12,577 nucleotides of DNA, taken from the NCBI GenBank assembly GCA_964522265.1, contig CAZFVS010000026.1:1-12577 (forward strand). The letters run 5' to 3'. Source of the DNA: an uncultured Gammaproteobacteria bacterium. GTDB taxonomy: Bacteria > Patescibacteriota > Microgenomatia > Daviesbacterales > UBA10151. Within the stretch, counting starts at the first letter, position 1; each line of letters begins with the position of its first letter. The notes under the pieces were generated by a model. The model was not told the DNA's origin. It ran no database searches and was given only the letters and a program-made list of their open reading frames with translations. The position numbers and the translations under genes were made by a program. Shown piece after piece: positions 1 to 6,078 of the stretch.

Positions 1-2
1 AT

Positions 3-1454
3 CTTAAGAGTGAAATCAAAAGCGGAGAGATCATAAAAAAGGGTTTTTCCGGAAAGATAGCTGAAAAAATTATGTCCGGCCTTGAGGAGTTGTCAGGCAG
101 GGGCGGAAGGATGCTTTTGCCTTATGCTTCAGCCCAAGCGCAAAGGATTTTGGCGTACCTGCAAAAAAGCCCTTTGGTTTTGCAGGCAGATCCATTGGGC
201 AGTTTAAGAAGGCAGGTTGCCACAATTGGCGATTTGGATTTTTCTGTATCTTCGAATGAACCTAAAAAAGTTGTGGATTATTTTATCAAAATGCCCGGGG
301 TGAGCCGAATCATAGATCATGGGACAAATAAGGCTTCTGTGGTTTTAAATTCAGGTTTGCAGGCTGATTTGTTGGTAGGGGAACCTGGAAGCTATGGGGC
401 TCTACTGCAGCATTTTACAGGTAGTAAAAACCACAATATACATTTGAGAAGTATTGCAAATACAAAAGGATATTCTTTGAGTGAGTATGGGCTAAAAAAA
501 GTCAAAAGTCAAAAGTCAAAAGTCAAAAATGGGGAAGTTTTGCCTTGCAAAACTGAAGATGATTTGTATGGGATACTTGGGATGGAGGCGCCACCTCCTG
601 AGATTAGGGAAGATACAGGGGAGATTGAAGCAGCCATCGCCCAAAAACTGCCAAAGCTGGTTGGGTTTAAAGATATCAAAGGGGATTTGCATACCCATTC
701 AAACTTTCCCATGGTTAGCCCTTCACATGGGCCAGGTGCAAATTCCATAGATGAGATTATAACCAAAGCAAGAGCGTTAGGATATGGATATATTGGCATT
801 TCAGACCACCCGCCAGGTTTCAGAACTACTACCAAGGATCAAATTGTTAAAATTCTGGAAAAGAGGACAAAAGTTATCCAAAATCTTAAAAAGAGCCTGC
901 CTGCCGACCTGCCTGACGGCAGTCAGGGTAGGCAGGGTACAAAAAGTATTCGGGTACTTAATGGCCTCGAAATAGATATTTTGGGAAACGGCAATTTGAG
1001 TATTCCAGATGAAGTTTTAAAAACTTTGGATTATGTAATAGCCGGAATTCACTCTGGGCACAGGGATAGTAAAGAGCAAATCACTAAAAGATTGTTAAAA
1101 GCCCTAGAGAATCCTTATGTTGATATAATTTCCCATCCGACGAACAGGTTACTCAATGAAAGAGAATCTTCTGAAGCTGATTGGGAAGAGATTTTTAAAT
1201 ATGCTGCAAAAAATAGGAAATTACTCGAAATCAATGCATATCCGAACAGGTTGGATTTACGGGATGATCTGGTAAGGCAGGCCTTAAGTTTTGGATGTAA
1301 GTTTATTATTAATACGGATGCACATGAAGTTTCGCAGATAGAAAATATGAAATTTGGAGTTTCAGTTGCCAGGCGTGGCTGGGCAGAAGGAAAAGATATT
1401 GTAAATACTTGGGGATGGACAAAATTTGCAAAATGGTTTAATATTAAAACATGA
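3..1454 (+). CDS. polX: DNA polymerase X family protein (pol-beta-like nucleotidyltransferase core plus C-terminal PHP phosphoesterase domain). The 5' end is truncated by the window edge.
   Basis: The frame of the 72..1454 ORF stays open back to nt 3 ([23 protein letters not shown]..., HhH-like), so the gene starts upstream of the window. Pol-X motifs: [17 protein letters not shown] (two catalytic Asp), LQADLL (third Asp), [23 protein letters not shown] motifs: GDLHTHS, ISDH, LEIDIL, ISHP, NTDAHE. The TGA stop overlaps the lemA ATG (ATGA at 1451-1454). Confidence 0.9.
   Translation, partial: LKSEIKSGEIIKKGFSGKIAEKIMSGLEELSGRGGRMLLPYASAQAQRILAYLQKSPLVLQADPLGSLRRQVATIGDLDFSVSSNEPKKVVDYFIKMPGVSRIIDHGTNKASVVLNSGLQADLLVGEPGSYGALLQHFTGSKNHNIHLRSIANTKGYSLSEYGLKKVKSQKSKVKNGEVLPCKTEDDLYGILGMEAPPPEIREDTGEIEAAIAQKLPKLVGFKDIKGDLHTHSNFPMVSPSHGPGANSIDEIITKARALGYGYIGISDHPPGFRTTTKDQIVKILEKRTKVIQNLKKSLPADLPDGSQGRQGTKSIRVLNGLEIDILGNGNLSIPDEVLKTLDYVIAGIHSGHRDSKEQITKRLLKALENPYVDIISHPTNRLLNERESSEADWEEIFKYAAKNRKLLEINAYPNRLDLRDDLVRQALSFGCKFIINTDAHEVSQIENMKFGVSVARRGWAEGKDIVNTWGWTKFAKWFNIKT
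497..528 (+). repeat. Heptanucleotide microsatellite (AAAAGTC / GTCAAAA), about 4.5 copies, inside the polX coding sequence
   Basis: GTCAAAA occurs at 501-507, 508-514, 515-521 and 522-528, preceded by an A7 run (494-500). It encodes [10 protein letters not shown]. Confidence 0.95.
894..940 (+). repeat. GC-rich inverted/tandem repeat segment in-frame within the polX PHP domain
   Basis: CTGCCTGCCGAC then CTGCCTGAC (tandem near-copies), followed by AGTCAGGGT then AGGCAGGGT (tandem near-copies of the approximate reverse complement). Possible stems: CCTGAC(912-917)/GTCAGG(922-927) and CCTGCCT(896-902)/AGGCAGG(930-936). My count for 895-938 is 31 G+C of 44 nt. Confidence 0.85.
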
Positions 1455-1999
1455 TTACTTGGATAATACTTGGGATATTAGCAGTAATTTTATTTTGGCT
1501 GCTTGGAACCTATAACAGCCTGGTGACTCTCCGAAATAGGGTAAGGGAAGCATGGAGCCAGATTGATGTGCAGCTTAAGAGACGCTCTTCACTGATCCCC
1601 AACCTGGTTGAAACAGTTAAAGGCTATGCCAAGCATGAAAAAGAGGTTTTTGAGAAGGTAACTGCAGCCAGAAGCGCTTTAGTGGGAGCTACAACCAAGG
1701 GTGACAAAGCAGCTGCAAATGATATGTTGACAGGAGCTTTAAAATCCCTTTTTGCTGTGGCAGAGGCTTATCCGGACCTTAAAGCTTCAGAAAATTTTAA
1801 ACAGCTACAGGAGGAATTGTCTGATACAGAGACCAAGGTTGCAGCCTCCAGGCAATTTTATAACACCAATGTTTTGGATTTAAATAATTCTTTAGAAACA
1901 GTCCCTTCCTCTTTTGTAGGATCATTGTTTGGTTTTACAAAAGAAGAGTTTTTCAAGGCCTCTGAAGAAGAAAAAAAAGACGTGGAAGTTAAGTTTTGA
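1451..1999 (+). CDS. lemA: LemA family membrane protein
   Basis: N-terminal TM helix ([17 protein letters not shown]) followed by the LemA signature [55 protein letters not shown] and a later [17 protein letters not shown]. The start overlaps the polX stop. Confidence 0.9.
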   Translation: MITWIILGILAVILFWLLGTYNSLVTLRNRVREAWSQIDVQLKRRSSLIPNLVETVKGYAKHEKEVFEKVTAARSALVGATTKGDKAAANDMLTGALKSLFAVAEAYPDLKASENFKQLQEELSDTETKVAASRQFYNTNVLDLNNSLETVPSSFVGSLFGFTKEEFFKASEEEKKDVEVKF

Positions 2000-2021
2000 A
2001 TGAATAATGAATAATGAATAA
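1997..2021 (+). repeat. Heptanucleotide repeat (TGAATAA / ATGAATA), about 3.5 copies, spanning the lemA stop and the start of the next ORF
   Basis: ATGAATA occurs at 2000-2006, 2007-2013 and 2014-2020, preceded by the lemA TGA stop at 1997-1999. Confidence 0.95.
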
Positions 2022-2430
2022 GGAAGAAGCACGCCAAATTCTTGATAGTTATTGGAATTATTGTGATGTTTTAGCTTTGGCTGTAGCACAGACTAAAAGT
2101 GAAAAATTTGATGCTAATCCAGCAAAATGGCATCAACTGGTATCTGATTTTAAAGATAAAACCAGAGACACTGCCCCTGAACTTTTAAAAGGGGTATTTT
2201 TTGACAGACGTCCCGGATCCTTCCCTTACAGTGATCAGGTGGAACAGTTCTTTTTTGTAATGGGACTGGCTGAGCAGGTAACTATCTCTTCTCCAGTCTA
2301 CGATGAATATGAAATGTCTGAAAAGGCAAAGAAAAGTATTGTTGGAGGTAAGAGCCCTCAATTAAATCAATATGCAGATATCATCGCTGAATTTGCAAAA
2401 ACTATGGATCAGACTTTAGGTAGGTGTTGA
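2014..2430 (+). CDS. Hypothetical protein, 138 aa, soluble, net acidic, no family recognised
   Basis: Clean ORF in the same orientation, 14 nt after the lemA stop. By my count it has 17 K/R against 21 D/E. No TM segment and no catalytic motif that I recognise. The start ATG is the last of three ATGs created by an ATGAATA x3 repeat, and the two upstream ATGs both hit TAA after 4 codons. Confidence 0.6.
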   Translation: MNKEEARQILDSYWNYCDVLALAVAQTKSEKFDANPAKWHQLVSDFKDKTRDTAPELLKGVFFDRRPGSFPYSDQVEQFFFVMGLAEQVTISSPVYDEYEMSEKAKKSIVGGKSPQLNQYADIIAEFAKTMDQTLGRC

Positions 2431-2449
2431 ATTTTAAGGAAGTGAATTT

Positions 2450-2683
2450 ATGAGTCAAGAATATGATATTGAAATATTACGGGATAAAGACGGAAAACCA
2501 CTGGTTAGAAGGGTTGAGGCCACATTAAGTGAATCTATGACTCGTGATGAGTTGCGGGAAGCAAATAAAGACTGGTTTGCAAAAATGGAACGAATGCTTG
2601 GAAAAGAGATAGCGGAAGAATTATTTGAAGCATACCTAGACGGGATAGATAAGGCAACAAAGCTTTCTCAAAGCAATCCGTAA
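2450..2683 (+). CDS. Hypothetical protein, 77 aa, strongly acidic, predicted helical, no family recognised
   Basis: ORF 19 nt after the previous stop. It has one of the few SD-like sequences in the window (AAGGAAG at 2436-2442, 7 nt before the ATG). By my count it has 13 K/R against 18 D/E. Confidence 0.6.
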   Translation: MSQEYDIEILRDKDGKPLVRRVEATLSESMTRDELREANKDWFAKMERMLGKEIAEELFEAYLDGIDKATKLSQSNP

Positions 2684-2723
2684 GTATAACCTGGAGCACT
2701 ACAATCCAAAGTGACTACTTATG

Positions 2724-2732
2724 TGATAAAAT
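2724..2732 (+). promoter_or_regulatory. Putative extended -10 promoter (TGaTAAAAT) for htpX. The hexamer ends 6 nt before the ATG.
   Basis: TG at 2724-2725 and TAAAAT at 2727-2732, then ATCTTC, then ATG at 2739. No SD sequence and no convincing -35. Confidence 0.4.
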
Positions 2733-2738
2733 ATCTTC

Positions 2739-3668
2739 ATGGCAAATGTGAATACTGCATGGGATCAGGTATCTTCAAATACATTTAAAACCTGGGTGAT
2801 TATGTTTTTGTTTACCGTTTTTGCTGTGGGGGTGGTTTATGTGATTGTTACGGCATGGCTTGGGCCTGATGTTGACGGCTTAGGGATTGTTGGAATCGCA
2901 TTTATTGTTGCGGGACTGATGAACTTTGTCTCCTATTTTTGGTCGGATAAGATTGTGCTGGGAATTTCCGGAGCAAAGCCGGTGGATGAAAAATCCAACA
3001 AGCAGTTATACAGGTTAGTGGAAAACCTTTGTATTGCAGGAGGACTCCCAACCCCTAAAATTTATACCCTTGACGACAGCGCCCCGAACGCTTTTGCAAC
3101 CGGCAGGGATCCTAAACACGCCGCCATCTGTTTTACAACAGGAATTCTGCAAAAACTCAACAAACAGGAATTGGAAGGAGTGACAGCCCATGAGCTCTCC
3201 CATGTTGGCAACAGGGATACACTGGTTATGAGTGTAGTTTCAGTTTTGGTTGGGACAATTGCCCTCTTGTCTGATTGGTTTTTGCGCTCGCTCTGGTATG
3301 GTGGAAGGAACAGGGATAATGACAGTAAGGGAAGTGCAATCTTCATGGTTCTGGCACTTGTTGCGGCGATTTTAGCGCCAATTGTGGCAACGCTGATTCA
3401 ACTTGCAGTTTCCAGAAGAAGGGAATTTTTGGCTGATGCTTCAGGTGTGCTTTTAACACGGTATCCGCAGGGATTGGCAGATGCACTGGTTAAAATCTCC
3501 TCAGATAAAGAACCACTGGAGGCAGCAAACAGGGGAACAGCCCACCTTTATATTATTAATCCACTAAAAGGTAAGGATGCTGTTGGGTGGTTTGCCGGTC
3601 TTTTTAACACCCACCCGCCAATTCAAGCCAGAATTAAGGCTTTACAGGAGATGGAAGGGAAAATATAA
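2739..3668 (+). CDS. htpX: Zinc metalloprotease HtpX (peptidase family M48)
   Basis: Two N-terminal TM helices, then PNAFATGRDP, the HEXXH zinc motif in GVTAHELSHVGNRD, two further TM helices, EFLADASG and a C-terminal THPPIQARIKAL. This is the canonical HtpX layout. Confidence 0.92.
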   Translation: MANVNTAWDQVSSNTFKTWVIMFLFTVFAVGVVYVIVTAWLGPDVDGLGIVGIAFIVAGLMNFVSYFWSDKIVLGISGAKPVDEKSNKQLYRLVENLCIAGGLPTPKIYTLDDSAPNAFATGRDPKHAAICFTTGILQKLNKQELEGVTAHELSHVGNRDTLVMSVVSVLVGTIALLSDWFLRSLWYGGRNRDNDSKGSAIFMVLALVAAILAPIVATLIQLAVSRRREFLADASGVLLTRYPQGLADALVKISSDKEPLEAANRGTAHLYIINPLKGKDAVGWFAGLFNTHPPIQARIKALQEMEGKI

Positions 3669-3669
3669 T
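3641..3669 (+). promoter_or_regulatory. Putative sigma70-type promoter inside the htpX 3' end driving the 3676 ORF
   Basis: TTTACA (3641-3646), a 17-nt spacer, then TATAAT (3664-3669), then 6 nt, then ATG at 3676. Confidence 0.5.
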
Positions 3670-3675
3670 TTAAAT

Positions 3676-4311
3676 ATGTCAGAGAGGTTAATAGCAGATT
3701 TGGTAAGAAATCCTAAGCGTAGAATCGGAAAGCTCGATGTGGCATATGATCTGTATAGTGGTAAATATGAAAGTATAGGTTTTCTTTGGTTGGAACCTTC
3801 GCAGTATAAAATATCTTTAAGAGCTGCTCTGAATTTTTCCGTGCTGGATGACGAGGTGTTAAAAACTTTGCCAACGTCCATTTTGAAGGACCGCAACAGG
3901 ATAAATGATGTGGACTTAGAAAATATCCATGAGTTTACCAGAGTCTGTTTATTTGTAAATCATGGAGCAGGGGCCGATGATATGTTCGAAGATGATCTTA
4001 AGAATCCATCGGCAAAAAAAACTTATTACAACATGCTAACTCAAGATCAGATATCTTTCGCCAGATTCGATGTGGATATTAATAAGGGTCCGACCAGATT
4101 GAAATATACAGTGACTGCTTCTAACCCTGAAGTTGTATCAGAACCAATAAACATGGATTTTTTAAACCTGAAAATCCCTTTAGCGTATGGTTTTGGCGAC
4201 CATTTAGCAGGATGGGTATGGGATCATCAAAAAATAGACTCTGAGATTGAGAAAGAACAGTTTATGAATTACCTTCAAAAGCTGATAAAAAACTACATTA
4301 AAATACGTTAA
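3676..4311 (+). CDS. Hypothetical protein, 211 aa, soluble, no family recognised
   Basis: The tracked ORF 3577..4311 overlaps htpX by 92 nt. I prefer the ATG at 3676 (MSERLIADL...) because it removes the overlap and sits exactly 6 nt after a TATAAT with a TTTACA -35 at 17-nt spacing. I see no TM segment or known motif. Confidence 0.6.
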   Translation: MSERLIADLVRNPKRRIGKLDVAYDLYSGKYESIGFLWLEPSQYKISLRAALNFSVLDDEVLKTLPTSILKDRNRINDVDLENIHEFTRVCLFVNHGAGADDMFEDDLKNPSAKKTYYNMLTQDQISFARFDVDINKGPTRLKYTVTASNPEVVSEPINMDFLNLKIPLAYGFGDHLAGWVWDHQKIDSEIEKEQFMNYLQKLIKNYIKIR

Positions 4312-4331
4312 TTTTCTAAAATCCTTTTCTA

Positions 4332-4360
4332 TTAACACGTAACTCATTCTGCTGTATAAT
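4332..4360 (+). promoter_or_regulatory. Putative sigma70-type promoter for gatCAB
   Basis: TTAACA (4332-4337), a 17-nt spacer, then TATAAT (4355-4360), then 6 nt (CCAAGC), then ATG at 4367. No SD sequence. Confidence 0.6.
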
Positions 4361-4366
4361 CCAAGC

Positions 4367-4660
4367 ATGTACCTTACCAGTGACCAGGTGAAACATGTTG
4401 CAAAATTGGCAAACCTTCCTCTTTCTGAAAAAGAAGAAGAGGTTTATGTAAAGCAGTTGTCTGCAGTTTTAGAATATATTGATCAGCTAAGTAGAGTTGA
4501 TACAAATGGAGTTGAGCCCACCTATAATGTTTCAGGAAATGTAAATGTAACTGCCATAGATGATGCAAAAGACAGTCTTTCCCAAAAAGAGGCTTTAGCA
4601 AATTCTGATAGGACAAAAAATGGTTTCTTTGTGACAAAAGGAGTGTTTGAGGAAGAATAA
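4367..4660 (+). CDS. gatC: Asp-tRNA(Asn)/Glu-tRNA(Gln) amidotransferase subunit C
   Basis: Typical GatC size (97 aa) and sequence (LTSDQVKHVAKLANLPLSEKEEEVYVKQLSAVLEYIDQLSRVDTNGVEPT). It lies directly upstream of gatA, and the TAA stop overlaps the gatA ATG (TAATG). Confidence 0.92.
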   Translation: MYLTSDQVKHVAKLANLPLSEKEEEVYVKQLSAVLEYIDQLSRVDTNGVEPTYNVSGNVNVTAIDDAKDSLSQKEALANSDRTKNGFFVTKGVFEEE

Positions 4661-6078
4661 TGGCTGATATTACATCATTAACATTAACTAAAACAATAAA
4701 AGCTCTTGAGAGAAAAGAATTTTCTGAGGAAGAGCTTAATTTGGCGTATCGAAAAAGAATTGCTAAATTAAACGATAAACTAAATGTCTACTTAGATATT
4801 CAAGAAACCAGAAAAGGAATTCCTGTTGCGATTAAGGATTTAATCTCTACAAAGGGGATTAGAACTTCTGCTGGATCAAAGATTATAGAAAATTACAAAC
4901 CTCCATATAATGCCACAGTGATAAATAAGCTGATCGCAAATGGCGTGTCACTGATTGGTAAAACCAATCAGGATGAGTTTGCTATGGGTTCATCCGGTGA
5001 AAATTCAGCCTTTGGACCAACCTTAAACCCCTGGAATACAAAAAAAGTTCCTGGAGGCTCTTCTTCCGGTTCTGTCGCCGCAGTAGCTGCTGATTTAGCA
5101 GTTTTTGCATTGGGGACAGATACAGGTGGATCTATCAGGCAGCCTGCATCACTTTGTGGAGTGGTAGGTTTGAAACCTTCTTATGGCAGGGTTTCCAGAT
5201 ATGGTGCAATTGCTATGTCTTCATCATTGGATCAAATTGGACCAATTACTAAATCTGTGGAGGATGCAGCAAAAGTTTTGGAATGGATATCCGGACCAGA
5301 TGGATATGATAGCAACTGCCTGAAAGAACCATTTAAGATTGCTTCGCCACTTTTTGGTCTCGCAATGACGTCATTGCGAGGAGGGTCTGCAGACCCGACG
5401 CGGCAATCTCTAAAAGGTTTAAAAGTGGGAGTTCCAAAGGAATATTTTGGAAAGGGGTTGGAACCCGGAGTGGAGAAAGTAATTAAAGAAGCAATCAAAA
5501 GATTAGAGGAATTGGGGGCTGAAATAATGGAAGTTTCTCTGCCACATAGTGAGTATGCTTTGGCTGTTTATTACATCATTATGTCTTCTGAAGTATCCTC
5601 GAACCTTGCCAGATTTGATGGTATTAGATTTGGTTTAACCAGAGATAAATTTGGCGCAGAATCTAAACGCAGAATAATGCTCGGGACTTATGCGTTGTCT
5701 TCCGGTTACTACGATGCTTATTTTAAAAAGGCTGCCCAAGTCAGGACTTTAATAATTAAAGACTTTGCAAACGCTTTCGACCCTTCGACAAGCTCAGGGT
5801 GTGATGTGATTGTTGGACCTGTGTCTCCAACTGTGGCTTGGAATCTGGAAGAAAAAACTGACGACCCGCTTTCAATGTATCTATCTGATATCTACACGGT
5901 GCCAGCCAATTTAGCAGGGATTTGCGGGTTGTCTGTGCCTTGCGGGTTTTCTGAAGGTCTGCCTGTAGGATTGCAAATCTTAGGCAAACAATTTGATGAA
6001 GCTACTATTTTTAAGGTTGGTTATGCTCTTGAGCAGGCAACCCAGTGGCATTTGAGAAAGCCGAAATTAGATTTATGA
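4660..6078 (+). CDS. gatA: Asp-tRNA(Asn)/Glu-tRNA(Gln) amidotransferase subunit A (amidase signature family)
   Basis: Amidase-signature residues are present: catalytic Lys in VAIKDLIST, GGSSSGS, and TDTGGSIRQPASLCGVVGLKPSYGRVSRYG. Also SSLDQIGP, SSNLARFDGIRFG and YTVPANLAGICGLSVPCG. It carries a roughly 15-aa in-frame insert relative to my recollection of S. aureus GatA (see findings). Confidence 0.96.
   Translation: MADITSLTLTKTIKALERKEFSEEELNLAYRKRIAKLNDKLNVYLDIQETRKGIPVAIKDLISTKGIRTSAGSKIIENYKPPYNATVINKLIANGVSLIGKTNQDEFAMGSSGENSAFGPTLNPWNTKKVPGGSSSGSVAAVAADLAVFALGTDTGGSIRQPASLCGVVGLKPSYGRVSRYGAIAMSSSLDQIGPITKSVEDAAKVLEWISGPDGYDSNCLKEPFKIASPLFGLAMTSLRGGSADPTRQSLKGLKVGVPKEYFGKGLEPGVEKVIKEAIKRLEELGAEIMEVSLPHSEYALAVYYIIMSSEVSSNLARFDGIRFGLTRDKFGAESKRRIMLGTYALSSGYYDAYFKKAAQVRTLIIKDFANAFDPSTSSGCDVIVGPVSPTVAWNLEEKTDDPLSMYLSDIYTVPANLAGICGLSVPCGFSEGLPVGLQILGKQFDEATIFKVGYALEQATQWHLRKPKLDL
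5359..5396 (+). repeat. Two adjacent perfect palindromes (22 bp and 14 bp) in-frame within gatA
   Basis: CTCGCAATGACGTCATTGCGAG (5359-5380) and GGGTCTGCAGACCC (5383-5396) each equal their own reverse complement; I checked both base by base. They encode LAMTSLRGGSADP. Confidence 0.97.

Noticed and set aside
845-853. A third TGTTAAAAT copy, inside the polX coding sequence (QIVKIL)
   Set aside because: It could be an internal promoter, but it has no T-tract or -35 and no downstream start at suitable spacing. It encodes ordinary residues, so it is most simply a chance match in AT-rich coding DNA.
509-975. Several 60-108 aa ORFs overlapping polX (509..835 -, 516..698 -, 529..750 +, 784..975 +)
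   Set aside because: All are nested in alternative frames of a well-supported PolX CDS and have odd composition. The 529..750 frame matters only as the read-through frame of a hypothetical repeat-mediated frameshift.
98-1280. Recurrent AGGCAGG heptamer (about 98, 211, 930, 1274, with similar AGGCAG in dnaE inserts) as a possible dispersed repeat core
   Set aside because: It also occurs at conserved protein positions (for example GSLRRQVAT). It is explained by the Arg-Gln codon pair AGG-CAG, so it reflects codon usage rather than a repeat element.
3577-3675. Upstream extension of the 3676 ORF (tracked start at 3577) overlapping htpX by 92 nt
   Set aside because: The long out-of-frame overlap with a conserved gene is unlikely. 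The 3676 ATG has a consensus-like promoter at leaderless spacing.
5232-5498. 88-aa antisense ORF spanning the gatA palindromes (reads ...RDCRVGSADPPRNDVIARP...)
   Set aside because: It is open on the minus strand only because the palindromic segment reads similarly on both strands. It is fully nested in gatA and is probably the kind of spurious ORF such repeats generate.
6045-6074. Tracked gatB start at 6045
   Set aside because: The ATG at 6075 reproduces the conserved GatB N-terminus and gives the ATGA coupling overlap with gatA. The 6045 start adds 10 non-conserved residues and a 34-nt overlap.
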